64,000 nt of DNA from Callorhinchus milii (taxonomy: Eukaryota): contig NW_024704743.1 of assembly GCF_018977255.1 (NCBI RefSeq), forward strand, positions 18,168,001 to 18,232,000, in the 5' to 3' direction. The number at the start of each line of letters is the position of its first letter. The stretch's first letter is position 1. Of the stretch, positions 51,135 to 64,000 are shown in pieces. Both the position numbers and the translations under genes were made by a program. A model generated the notes under the pieces. The model searched no databases. It was not told where the DNA came from and worked only from the letters and a program-made list of their open reading frames with translations.

Positions 51135-52674
51135 CTGCACCGGAAATTAAAAACATAGGACAGAAAATCAGAGCCTTGAAAAGCTTATGGAGGTCTATTA
51201 TTATAATAACAGTAAATTCCTGATAACTCGTCACTCCAAGGGAAAAGGGCTCAGCTCATAGATGGTAATGCTCAGAAACTGACCAGTCGACCGGTGTTTG
51301 TACTCTACATGAGTGTCTATCCTTGATACTATCCCTGGTCCCATATCCGGGCTTTCCTCAACTTATTCTTTCTTAACCATCTGACCAGTCTTATTTTTGA
51401 ATACACTAAAACCCTGGCTAGCTGAACTTATGGGGGGGAAATCCAGTCCGGTGAGATGGAATTTCTGGTTAAGTGTAATTACGCTGGCTTTTACTAGCAT
51501 TCTTTAAGAATTGTAATTGTTTCAATCCCGCAAGCAGAAGATAGCTAATAAGCTGTCTTCTAATTGAGGGATTCAATCAATTGAGTCAAAGTTGATATTC
51601 TTGGCCACTGTGAAGACCAGCAAGGATGGTGAGGCTGCTCAGTGCAGCGTTGGTGTGCTTTAAGAAAGTTGAGCCCAGTGGGAGGCTACACGAGGTCGAT
51701 CCCCGGAAATGTTTTCAAAAACATTTTGAGTTTTGGGCCCAGTCAGCTCGGTTTGAATTTCAGATACCCAGAGTCTAGTATTGGCTGAGGACAGGATAGG
51801 GCTGAGCTTTGTTGCCCATCTGGTCAAATAGTCAATTTTCACTGTCGAGACTCATACTATGCAATAGAAATTTACATTTATATAGCACTTTTCATGTTGG
51901 TAGGACATCCCAAAGATGCTTACCAATCCTGTCTTGGCACCCATGCTGTGGGTGAAAACTCTAGGGTAGGGAGGGAAAGATGATCAAAAGCTCAGTTAAA
52001 AGAGGTAGGTTTTGAGATGGACCTTGACAACAAGTTGCACTTACATAGCACCCTCCACGTAGGGTAGCATCACAGAGTGCATAACAGTAGTGGAACCTGA
52101 CTCCGAGCCAGGGGGAGGGGGGATATGGCCGTAGGCACGGTTGAAGAGGAAAGTTTTCAGGCGGGACTTGAAAGAGGGGAGAGAGGAGACAGGGCGAAGG
52201 GATTGAGGGAGAGTTTTCGAGAGTTGAGGTGAATGAGATGAGGGAGGAAATGAGTAGGAGGGACTCTGGGATGGAGTTACAAAGAGTGGAATAATGAATA
52301 CATGAATAATGGCCATGTTGGTGATTCCGTTTTATTAATAGTGTTGTAATAATTTTGGTTCACTCCACTGTCATAATATTACTACTATTAATACTATTTT
52401 ATAATAAATAGATAATATTTACTTGGCAGTGATTATAAGGCTGTAATCTAACTAAGACTTTTTGAAGATTTCATAAATTGTAATATAAAGCCGAATGCCA
52501 GTTTAATTTTATTAGATTGTATTCTCTGGGGTGCTTTTTTTATAAAGAAAGAATAAATTAAACTGATATGTTTAAGCAGTAACGTTGCTGTTTTGGATCA
52601 ATTTTATGTGTAAGCCAGTTCCAAGTGTACTTAACGCTGAAATACATCTTTATTTTTTTCGATTGACCTCATAC

Positions 52675-52840
52675 CATTTAGAGAAGAGGTCCAGGTGATC
52701 TCAAAGCCAGCATAGGTGCTTATTGCATCAGACTTGAAGATTAGCGTTAGTTCATGAGTGTGAGAAAAGATAGGATTAGGTAGATGATAGCCGCAGAACT
52801 TGCCAATTGCTTGTTCATGGCCTGGAGTACCATTGTGTAC
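52675..52840 (-). CDS. CUBN: Cubilin exon, C-half of penultimate CUB domain
   Basis: Encodes VHNGTPGHEQAIGKFCGYHLPNPIFSHTHELTLIFKSDAISTYAGFEITWTSSLN; CAG/GTATGA boundaries. Absent from the ORF track. Confidence 0.95.
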
Positions 52841-54810
52841 CTGAATAGAGATAAAGAAAAGAGTTAGCGTCCAGCCTTCATCTGTAATTCAGATTCTAAA
52901 CCTCTTAACTCTGGAACTCCATCTTTCTACCCCTCCGTTTTGCCACCTCTCCCACCTCTAAAACCTAATTTTTCGAACATAACTATGGCCAACTTGTCTT
53001 TGTAAAGCATTCTGAGATATTTCCCTATGTGATAGGGACTACATAAATACAAGTTGCTGTAATTGACAGTTTAGAATATTACTTGGTAACATTATCTTAA
53101 CTGATATATGTTAGTGTGGTCATTAGATCCTAAAAAGTGAAATAGTTTTCCTTTTTACATCAGTTTTTCTTATTCTTTGCACATGAAGTCAGGCTGGCTT
53201 GGTTGATAGCACTCTCGCCTTGGGTACAGAAATTTGTGGGTTCAAGGCCTACATTGAGACTTTGAACTCACAGTCCAGACCTCTAATAATGCATTGAAGG
53301 TACATTATTAATATGAAATCATCAATGCATTGGGGTGTGATGTATCATCCGAAGGATGGCTCGTCTGGTAAAACGTTAATCCAAGGTCATATTGACTTTT
53401 CAAATGTATGTTAAATATTCCATATTTGAAAAGAGGAGAGTTTTTCCTGACATGTGATGATGTGATGGGAGGACAGAAGGTGGGTGTTCTGGAAGAATGA
53501 GATCAGATGGGTTGAACGATCTTCTTCATCAGAACCAATCATTGTGCAAGAACAATGCTGAATCTTACAAATTTGAATTGGATGATGGAAAGATAAAGGA
53601 TTTAATCAATATTTTGAAGAGAGCAGGAAAACAGGGAAGAGAGAATAGAAGAAGAGGTACAAGCATAGGTAATACCAATAGTAATTCTTGCATTTGATAT
53701 AGTGCTTTTTAAGTTGGGAGAATTTCTCTGCACTTCATAGGATATTCTCTAAAGTGTAGTGACAGTGTATTTTATAGTCAAACACTGTAAATTTATGCAG
53801 AGCATTTACCCATGATGCGAACAACCATTTTTTTTAAGGGGAGGGGTGTGGTGCGGGGGCAAAGATTGTTGTCCAACACACTGGGAGATACTCCCTTCAC
53901 TTTTTAAATAGTTCCATGGGATCTTTAACATCCACCTGAACAGGGAAACAGTTTTAATGGTTCATCCAGGGTGGACTGGTTACATATCGTGAAATTTCCT
54001 GAGTGCCTCTGTAAGGAAAGAGTTAACATAAAATGTAAAAAGGTATGTTAGAAATGTTGACTGCAGAAATTGATGCAGAATAACACTGTGGCCTTGATTT
54101 CGTTTTCCAGGAATGTGCCTGCTGATCAGGACAATTGGAGAAAACACTTGGAAGAAAATATTTTAGTTGGCGTCAAATGGACACCTGGTGGTCCGAACAC
54201 GGCTGCTAAACATGCTCTACAGCATCAGGCCTATGAGTTGTAACCTTAAGGGTGTGTGCGCTATTGGATTATTCTGGGCTTTACACAATAACCAATTGGG
54301 TATCAAAATAGAAAGTTCAGTCAAAAACAATGAGATGCAGATCTGACCAACTCCCAGCTGCCTGCTACTCTCCCAAGGATAGGTAACTAATCAATACCTA
54401 TTTTTCTGACAACCTGATTGCTACCATTATCATGTCTTGCAATAGTGGGTTATTGCTCTTTGTATAATCATTGACTGTGGAACTATAATAAAGGAAACAA
54501 TTGTTTAACATACAAATCATGTGCACATTAATTCACTATCAATTAAATACATTTAGTCAATCATTGCCCAGATCCTGTCCCTCTGTTTAAGCCTTGACAA
54601 AGTTTTTAAACAATTGGAGATTTTATGCTGAATGCCCTCACCCCAACAACGGAACAACCCCCCAACACAGCATTAGGATATCAGCCTGGATTACAGGAGT
54701 TCAATGTCTCCATGTGGGGTTTAAACTGACACCTCGGAGGCGATAATGCCAATGGAGCCAGGTTGACAACAGTTAACATTGCTAAGATGGAATTAAAAAA
54801 AAATTCTTAC

Positions 54811-54992
54811 CTCTAAGTAGTCAAGTTTACAATCCTTTTGTAATTCAAGATAAAAGGCATTGAAGAAGAGGGAGATTTTGTGATTTTTTGGAGCTCGAAG
54901 AATGATTTTGCAATTCAGATTATTGGGATATTCAGCAGGCCAGCCAGGACTCTTCAGATAGCCAAATGACTGATTGTATTCTCTGCTGCAGT
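54811..54992 (-). CDS. CUBN: Cubilin exon, N-half of penultimate CUB domain
   Basis: Encodes (N)[43 protein letters not shown]...DYLE; CAG/GTAAGA boundaries. Confidence 0.95.
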
Positions 54993-56706
54993 CTGGCAAA
55001 ACATTGGTCAGATTTTATGGAATATGCACAAAGTAAGAAGAAAATGAGAAAGAAAACCTTCCAAAATAGAACTTAACGCAAATTCAACAGGACACAATAC
55101 AGTTTATAACTGGAGTTCGGGATGGAATGAAAGGTGTCAATTAGTTGAAGTGGCACCATTTTACTGGAGAAGATGTGAGGATGGAAGGATATTGTAGAGT
55201 TTCTACTTAATTGATTTTGGGTTTCAGAGGAGGCTATCCCCAAGGATGGGGTGTTTTTTTGTGTAGTTCACAATGGTCGGATGATACTAAAATAATAATC
55301 TTTGCATATAGCATTTATAATGTTGATAAAATAAAGCACTTTACAAAGTTTCTATAAAATGTAGAAATGTATTTGTAGGCAATCATGACAGTCGATGCGA
55401 GCATAAACTACTTAGAAGTAAATGACCAATTTGGGCTGGAGGATTGTTGGCTAGGACTTGGAAGAAGCTCCAATTTCTTTTTAAATAGTGTTATTGGATT
55501 TTCAGTGTCCACTTGAACTTGCCTCACTCCATAGCTGTTTGTGGGACACTACTGTGCGCGAATTAGCATCAGCTGCCTACAAAATATACAGTCAATCCAC
55601 TTAACAGTATATCCCGTGAAGCGCTTTGAGATGTCTTAATTATGTGATAAGGCGCTATATCAAATGCAAAGATTGCTATTATTGAACAGGCAGGAAGGAC
55701 CTCGATTTAATATATCATCCAAATGATAACATCTCCAACAATGTGCCACTTCTCTAGCACTGTCAGACTAGGATATGTTCAAAATCCTGAGGTGGAGCTG
55801 GACTCACATCTGCTGACCCAGAGGTGAGAGTGCTACCAAATGTGATGGATTTGCCTGTCTGCTATACCCTCAATCGATTAATGGCACTATAAGACAATAA
55901 GGCAGAAGGGCTACACACAAGAGTACTGGAAAAAATCAGGCACATCTTGGTGGGTATATTTGGGAATGAATGGAAACTGGAAAATGCCTGAAATTAGAGA
56001 AAAGCAAATGCGACACCTTATTTATAAGAACCAAGAGACAACTACTCATGTAGTTCAGCTCGTGAATAAATATTGGAGATTGTATTAAATGTACAGTAAT
56101 ACTCGCACAAGTCTTATCTTTATAAATCATATAATTGCCTAAGTACATCCATCTGAGTCCAATTCAGTTTCCTATTCAAAACCACTTAGATTTCTTCGCA
56201 CTATTCATATTAATCATCGTGTTACTTGTGATGCCCCTATTCTCCATTATCCCACACTTACCAGCTGCATTGAATTGTGGAAAATGAAGTCCTGACCTGT
56301 TGACCCATGCAGATTTACCAGCCGACGTGCACTGAATAGCGGGAAATATAGTCTTGATCCATCACTACATGTGCATTTAACGCCTGCAGTGACGAATTAC
56401 TGCATGCGCACTTACTGGCTGCATTGAATTACGCATGCTCATTGTAGATTATTGATTAAATTGGATTTTATACGATTTGCGCAAGTTTGCTGCAACTCGG
56501 ACTTCATGTAAGTCATATTAAATGTTATGGTCCTGACTGATATGCCATATGTGAGTCTTACTGTACAAGACAATTTGCAATATTTCATAAGGAACAAGTA
56601 AAGTATGATATAAGGAAAGAATGTCAAAGTACAGAAATCCTTTGTAAACTGTTTTATGTTGGTGGCTAGTACATTGTACCGCGATATATAATTTCGCAAA
56701 GCTTAC

Positions 56707-56851
56707 TTGTAGATTGGTATGTTAGATGTAATTTATTTCCATTCTGGTATACTTTTGAGTAGAAGTTGATTCTAAACCTGTGGCCATATGAATAGAAAGC
56801 TGGGATGATTAAATTGGAGCCACACAATCGGATATTCTGACCGTTATCACC
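56707..56851 (-). CDS. CUBN: Cubilin exon, C-half of third-last CUB domain
   Basis: Encodes GDNGQNIRLCGSNLIIPAFYSYGHRFRINFYSKVYQNGNKLHLTYQST; CAG/GTAAGC boundaries. Confidence 0.9.
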
Positions 56852-57342
56852 CTGAGAAGAGAAATGAAAACACTTTAAACACAAATGAAAAAGGTTCAAA
56901 ACTATGAAACATGCTGTCATTTCTTTTGTACTGAATAGATCCATACTGTGCTGGGGTCTGAAATCTCAAACATCACTTTTGTCATTATAAAGTGGGTTTT
57001 CTTATTGCACGAGTGTTGCGTGGATCCCATTCAGTCTGGATCCCATTCAGCAATCATGCACATAGATGGCTGATGTACAGAACTCTCATGCTAAAACATG
57101 GCAAACGTGCAGGCTGTACATGGAAGTGCATAGACTATCACAGACCGCCACCATTCCCATCCCACAGGACAGTCTGGTGGAATGAATGTTTCACAAAAAC
57201 AATATTTGGTCAATCTTAGAAAGTCCAGTTCATGGTGTGAAAACTCATGCTCGCGAAGAACATATCAATCCTTGCCACATCTATCGAGCATTCTGTGCCA
57301 GTGTTATCATATGTACCCTACATGTTATCATGCATATTTTAC

Positions 57343-57554
57343 CAATATATGGGAGTCTTTAATCTCGAGGTATTCCAGACTACAGTTGGGGGTGGCTGGT
57401 AAATCCAGCTCCTGTATAACCACTCCGACTTGTTCATTTTCAGGAGCGTCAATGATCCAGTGGCAAATAGTAAGAGGTGGATAGTTATTTGGATATTCAG
57501 GAGATGTAAGGATCTGAGATGTGCTGTTAGCCTTGAACTTTCCACCACAAGGGT
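57343..57554 (-). CDS. CUBN: Cubilin exon, N-half of third-last CUB domain
   Basis: Encodes (Y)PCGGKFKANSTSQILTSPEYPNNYPPLTICHWIIDAP...LEIKDSHIL; TAG acceptor, GTAAAA donor. Confidence 0.92.
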
Positions 57555-57669
57555 CTAGAAAAAACAAACACACAAATAGGTAGATTGACAACTGAAAACA
57601 AAATAAAATCATACGGTCGTTAAAATGTGGGTTTGTTGTGTGGATCCCATTCAAGTGTGGATCTCCCTC

Positions 57670-57960
57670 TGTTCAGCAGTCTCCAGACTGCTCCATGTCC
57701 CCCGCCCATCCCACCATCGGCAGTCGGGCCTTAAACCTCTCTGGCCCCACCCTCTGGAACTCCATCCCACATTCGCTTTGCCTCGCTCCCTCCCTTGCTT
57801 CCTTCAAGACATGTCTCAAGACCCTCCTCTACAACGGTGCCTTTGGCCACCTTCCTACCACCACCCTCCCTGATCCAGAACCCCCCACCGCTCGGGTCCC
57901 AGTTCAGCGCCTTGGGATGTCCTCCTGATGTGAATGGCACTTTACAAATGTCATTTTGTA
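57670..57960 (+). mobile_element. L2 3' fragment
   Basis: PTLWNSIP...FKTCLKT plus L2 tail; a similar piece lies at 59590-59810. Confidence 0.8.
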
Positions 57961-59996
57961 TCAGATTGTAAGTTTCTTTGGCAATTGGCTTTATTGATTT
58001 CACTGAACAATGCAATTAAAAAAACAGTTCATTCTACTACCTGAACCATTACAACAGAATTCAGAGTGCTTCCTACTAAATACACAGTCACTACATTTTA
58101 CAGTAAATTCTGTGAAGCATATTGAGATATCGCTTGATGTGATTGAAAGACACTGTATCAAATGATTATTATTATTATTATTGCAGACTGTTTTTGAACA
58201 GTAGGTGGCACCAGACCCACACTGTTGCAAGTCATTTTGATGTATAATTTGAGTTGTTCCCTAATATTTTGATAAATAATATTGATGCTTGCATTTGATA
58301 TTGCACCTTAACACATCAAAATATCTCAAAGCGCATCACAGAGGATTCTGAAAATGTAGTGACTGTGAATATGGAGGCAAATGGGAAAACTATTCTCCCA
58401 CAAAATATACAGTCACTACAGTTTACAGTAAATTCTGTGAAGTGCTTTGAGACATCTTGAAGATGTGATAAGATGCTATACCAAATCTTTATTAATACTA
58501 TTAAGTAAGTTAAGTTCTTTCTAGTTAAATGCATCTTTTTTTAGCGTGTTTGATCAGCTTTGCCATCAACTAGTTAAATGTCTGGTTTATACCCAAATTA
58601 AGTTTCAGAGGGTTGAAAAAAGAAAGGAGAAAGAGAAGGTGAGTGAGTGAATGACTGCAAGAGAGGAAGGAGGGAGGAAAGCAAAGTGGGTTTGGGGTCG
58701 CAGTTCCAGGGAGGGCCACTGTTGGAATAAAGTTAATAATTGGTGTATGTGTTTTGGGGTTAGGACACCCATCTGGTTTTGACACACTAGTTGTGCTCAA
58801 AGATCTCTATGGAAAGAACATATTAAAACATCTAAAAATAGGATACAAGCTCAATGCTTGTATCTTGTAAAACAGGACTGATATGCTACCACTAGGCTCA
58901 TAAACCACTATTTTTGTCCTATTTCACTGGGGTCTAATCCAAGATACAAGCTGAACAATTTTGAAATGATCATTCTGACCAAACCATTTAGCAAAGTTGC
59001 AGATGTATTCAGACCCGAAACCAGTCGATTATTGAAATTCTGCCATTTCCAAACCAATTCCAATTGACCCAAAAATATTCGATGCAAAAATTATCACATC
59101 AAATCTATTATGAAGTTTGCTATTTTTCACCCCGACATGCAACTTCCCCTTAAGCAGTTAGGATTGACTGGCGATATTCCTCTCTCAATGTAATATTAGA
59201 GTGTTAAAGGACAGCGCTATGAGCAACAATCAGACAAGTTAGGACTCTTCAGTCTTGAATGGCACTGTCTCAGAGGGGATCTTATAGAAGTGTATAAAAT
59301 TTTAAATGGGATTTAAAAAACAAACCCGGAACAAAACATTAGGAATCATCAGTACCATAGAACAACAGGACATATGTTTAGGGATGCAAAGAGACATTTC
59401 AGGACAGAGAGTGGGAATTTTTTCTTTAAACTAACAATTGGAACAGGTTGCCAGGAAGAGTGGTTGAGACCAGGTTACTGGACTCGTTTAAAAAACTTTG
59501 ACGTGATGGGAAGACGGAAAGGTGGGTATTCTGGAGGGGTGAGATCGGATGGGTTGAAGAGCTTTCTTTATCCAAACCGATCTTGTGTCCCCCACCCTAT
59601 GGAACTCCATCTCGCATTCCTTTCACCTCGCTCCCTCCCTTGCGTACTTCAAGGCGCTTCTCAAAATCCTCCTCTTCGACTGAGCCTTCGGCCACCCTCC
59701 TACCCTCCCCGATCCCGACCCCCAGCTTGAGTCCAAATACCTGACTGTCCAGCGCCTTGGGACGTCCTTCCGCTGTGAAAGCTTTATACAAATGTAATTT
59801 TGTATTGAATTGTATTGTGAATATATGAAGTGTTAGATCCGGCCATACAATATTATTTCCAAAGGATATTAATTTACTATTTTGAATGGATTAAAAATGG
59901 TACCTTATTCAAAATGTTACTAACTATTAGTTCACACAGAGAAACAAATATCCCCACCCAGTTTTACAATCCGCAGTGTGCCCTCATTATACTTAC

Positions 59997-60150
59997 ATTC
60001 ATGGGTCTTGTATGTTACGTTGAAACCAGCTAATTCAATGAAGGCATTTGAGAAAAACTTCACGGCGAGTAAGTTATAAGTAGAGACCACGGAGAAAGGT
60101 AATTGAGACCCACAGTAAGTACCAATTAATTTAGAACTCTCATCGTAGAT
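59997..60150 (-). CDS. CUBN: Cubilin exon, C-half of fourth-last CUB domain
   Basis: Encodes IYDESSKLIGTYCGSQLPFSVVSTYNLLAVKFFSNAFIELAGFNVTYKTHE; CAG/GTAAGT boundaries, phase 0 to 1. Absent from the ORF track. Confidence 0.92.
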
Positions 60151-60677
60151 CTGAAAATGTCACAAAAAACAAAGGTTTGACACTAATATTGAACACTAAT
60201 ATTATTGTGAGATAATCACAGCACGATTATTCAGAACTGTTAGCAGGAAATTATCAATGTATATTATACTGGGGGAAACCTCATATATAATGTGTATATA
60301 ATAATAATCATAAATAATTGTGCCTGCCTCTTCAGGTGGTGATAAAGATCCCTGGCATTCTACAAAAAGTGAAGGGAGTTTCTTCTTGTGTCCTGGCAAA
60401 CAATCCCCCAAATTAAAAACAATTATTCACTTCATAATTGTTTGTAGGACAACGCTATCTGCAAATGATTTGGTATATTTGCCTGTAAAATACAGCATAG
60501 ACACTGCACTTTACATTATACCCTGTGAAATGCTTTACAGTAGATCTTGTGAAGTGCTTTAAGGTGTCCTCTCAACATGAAAAGTGTTATATCAAATGTA
60601 CAGATTTTTGTTAACATGGAAGCGTTGTACACATTTATTTTACCTGTGAGTGGGTACTCAATTTCTGTGGTACTTAC

Positions 60678-60880
60678 GCTGAGGTAATCATGGCAAACAC
60701 CATCAGTTTCAGCCTCAAGCTGAAAGGCTGTGAAAGTGATGTTGATGAAGTGGTTATCAGGTGCGGAAATGTTCCACAGACAGTTTAAATTCTTTTCATA
60801 TTTGCCATCAAATTCCATATCTGGTGAGCCAAAGGTGCCACTTGTGCTATTCAGATATCCGCCACATCCCTGGTTTGGTC
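60678..60880 (-). CDS. CUBN: Cubilin exon, N-half of fourth-last CUB domain
   Basis: Encodes (G)PNQGCGGYLNSTSGTFGSPDMEFDGKYEKNLNCLWNISAP...DYLS; CAG acceptor, GTAAGT donor. Upstream exons not found in the window. Confidence 0.93.
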
Positions 60881-61631
60881 CTGAAAGAAATAACCGTTCA
60901 ACATTGAGGGCTACAAGGCAAGAGTCAGTACCTGGATTTGCAATGTATTCAACAATAACAACTTGCATTTATATAGCACGCCTCACGCAGGGTAGTGTCC
61001 TGAGGCAGAGCGATTTATTATTAAGATTCAATATGATGAATCGTATTCAAACACGATTCATAATATTGAATCTTCCCATCATGTTGACGCAGGAATTCTG
61101 TGCCGACACAATCTCCTTCCTGACATATCAAAGTACCGTTTCCATGGGCTGGCAGGATGCAACTCTGGGTATCTGCAAAGTTCCATATTTATGAATTACA
61201 TGAAATCCAGGACGCAGCTCTTATGTTTGGTGATCTTGGTGTCGCTATAACTACGCAAGTTCCATTCTGCACACTTCTCATGCGATGCTCCTTCTGTCGC
61301 ATTGTTAACTGCTTTGATCAGAATAACGATAGGAAAAATAGTACTGTCTATTCTATAAAATAAACCTTGGCAAAATTTTCATTAAAAATGTTCTAGTTCT
61401 TGATCAGTTCCTCTCTGTTTTATTTCTCTATCTTTTTCCTTCATTGTTTTGCGTATATGGTATCCCAGCACATGGCTTCCCTCATTTTGGAAAACAAATA
61501 GCATTGCCTTATTCATCGCAAGTTTTGCTTATTGGTGCAAAAAGGATGGTTGGTCAAGAATTGTATTAGCAAAAACAACAACTTGCATTTGTATAGCGCC
61601 TCTCACACAGGATATCATTCCAGACTGCTTT

Positions 61632-61972
61632 AATAATAGTCCTTGCATTTAATATGAGGCCTTATCACATCTTTGAGACATCTGAAAGCGTTTCACAGAG
61701 TATACTGTAAAGTGAATTGACTGCATATTTTGTGGGCGAAATGCAGCAGTCTTGGATTGAAGTGACCAATTTATTTATTTTTTTTGAAGGTATTATTGTC
61801 CCTGGAAAGGGCGATCTGCCAATCAACTAAAAAACGGGTTCCTACTTACTGCAAGGTAAACAGAGGCGTGTGGAGTAAGGAAACTTGCTTCAGGTTTTTG
61901 CCCTGCCCGGAAATCAAAGCCGGATCCTCTCACTTGCGAGGTGAGTGCCCTAACCAATATGTTACAGGAATC
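61632..61972 (-). mobile_element. tRNA-derived SINE (long form, diverged)
   Basis: Family head, internal segment and tail. Confidence 0.8.
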
Positions 61973-62089
61973 CAAAAGCCACAACATCATATAGCATGAT
62001 ACTTTGCCAAATGACTTGGGCAAGAACTGTAATAATTTTGGCCTCTGACTCACAGCAATGTGGAGTTCAAAGTATAAATCAGCTTTCTG

Positions 62090-62800
62090 ATCTATACAAT
62101 AAATTCTGATCTTGACAATAAATTCAAGCTCTCCCAACAATGCTCTGTGGCAGTGAGTAAAGCAAACCAGATGTTGGGATGTATCGAAAGATCAATAGCA
62201 AGCCAAAATAGTGGGGTAATCCTGCCACTGTATAAATCATTGGTGAGATCATACTTAGAGTACTGGGTACAGTTCTGGTTGCCGCAGTACAAAAAGGATA
62301 TGGGAGAAATTGAGAAGATACAGAGGAGGGCAATCAAAACGATTGAGGAAATGGAGGGACTGGACTACGAGGAGCGACTAAATAAATTGGGCATGTTCAC
62401 GCTGGAAAAGAAAGATTGAGAGGCGATTTGATTTCTCTCTTTAAGATTCTAAAGGGGCGAGACAATATAGATCACTACAGGCTGTTTCAACTTGTCCAGA
62501 ACAGTAAAACCAGAGGACGCGGCCTGAGATTGAAGGGGGGTAAATTCAGAACAAATCTACCCAAAGACTATTTCAATGAGTGAACAGTGAACCTGTGGAA
62601 CAGGCTCCCTAAGGAGACGGTTGAAGCAGGAAGTGTTGATTCTTTCAAACACAGATTACATAGTTTTCTTTTAGGAAATAACATTATGGGATATGGTACA
62701 GATCAATGCTGCAATGGGAAGATAGTAGGATGGCTATTCTGGAAGGAAAAGATCAAATGGGCCAAAGGGCATTAATTCTTCATCCACACCAATCATGTAA
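62090..62800 (+). mobile_element. CR1 3' fragment, same family as 2515-4366
   Basis: AVSKANQMLGCI...LYKSLVRSYLEYWVQFW...NLWNRLP. Confidence 0.88.
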
Positions 62801-64000
62801 GGAAAAAACCCACCAGTTAGACCCCTAGGTGGAGTGCCTTCCTCATCAGTGGACTGTGATATAGTGTTAGGCTGGCAAATTGCTATTTCAGGGATTTGCA
62901 TTATTCATATACAATCACAATGGGATTCCCAAACATGAAAATTACAAAATTCTTACACTGTGGAATAAGTGTGGGAGTTTTACAAGTGAAATTGATTCTT
63001 TCTTTCTCTCTCTAATCGCCATGGTTATAAGAATTGTTTTGGCCATTTTGTTGAATACAACAGATCTGGATCCACCAGGCATTGAATTCCTCAACTGGAA
63101 ACATGGAAACTTCCCTAGTAACCTTTTCCTCCTCTTTATTCCTCCCTGCCTCTCCCCCCACCCCTCTCCCACCCCCACACCCCAACCCAACAACCAGCCC
63201 CTGGAACCAATGAACGCTTTAAAAGGATAATATTGTAATAAGGATAACAAGTACATAACATTGGAGGAGTGAAAAAAGAATGATGATATTGTAAATAAAT
63301 CTGTCAAAGTGCATTGTCAGTCATGGAAAAAGAAAACAAAACCGGTTAAATGCAATATTGTGCTGTCACGTGTACTCTCTGATTGTAAATCAATTCAGGA
63401 TCAAATGCAGCTCTTCTACAAATGACTTCTATAAAGTGTCTAACTGTGCTTTGTTCAGCCAGGTGTGCATAAGTATTGCTATCAGATTAGGTGAGGGTCT
63501 CTCTTGCACCTTTCCTTTGAGGAGTTATTTCCTCATGCTCTCTGGCACGTTTTTTCCCCAACTTCAAACAGTATAGTTATGTCTCTATAACTTAATATTT
63601 GGACCTGTACAGAAGTTATTTCCTGTTACTGCCTGCAACCTGATTCTGAACAAACCTGTTGTGATGATCTCCCAATCATTAATCCCTTGCCGCGAACATC
63701 ATTGTGTTTTGACACTACAAAGCAAAACATGCATCACATTTCTAAAAATGGGCCAAAAACTAAATTGAAACACTGAAATTATCTGCATGGAAAGGTGGAG
63801 AAACAGTATCTGTGCCTCTCCTACTTTTTTAAAAAAAATTTTACCTTTCTCTCTAAAAAACACATTAATCCCATTTTCCACGTTTTTTTTCTTTAATGAA
63901 TGGAATAAAATCTGGCTAAAATATTTACTGCTATTTTAGAAAATAATTGAAGAATTTCACTCTGAGAGGTAACTGGAGTGACAAAAGGTGCCTTTTCTGA

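Noticed and set aside
60881..64000. A further upstream CUBN exon
   Set aside because: No CUB-like frame with splice sites was found; the exon presumably lies beyond the window.

Overview
Vertebrate genomic DNA, most likely a cartilaginous fish (inferred from SacSINE1-like DeuSINEs, abundant L2/CR1 LINEs and a Penelope-type terminus). Two spliced genes lie head-to-tail on the minus strand. The first is the last 8 coding exons of cubilin (CUBN, final four CUB domains, stop at 50037-50039). The second, starting about 10 kb further on, is Ras suppressor protein 1 (RSU1): a CpG-island/CCAAT promoter near 39.4-40.0 kb and six coding exons from the ATG at 38876 to 6147, with the remaining exons beyond the left edge. 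All 14 exons have GT-AG boundaries and consistent phases. The rest is intron or intergenic sequence rich in retroelements, with two TA-flanked DNA transposons and a Gypsy integrase relic. Most ORFs in the supplied track are spurious or repeat-derived. I found no clearly new gene system. The best leads are a Penelope-associated minimal hammerhead ribozyme sense to RSU1, a modular tRNA-Ala-headed SINE family, a 22-bp hairpin in a CUBN intron, a GC/CpG shift around RSU1 coding exon 1, and a templated 36-bp insertion. Comparisons with human proteins and repeat consensuses are from memory and need confirming by alignment.
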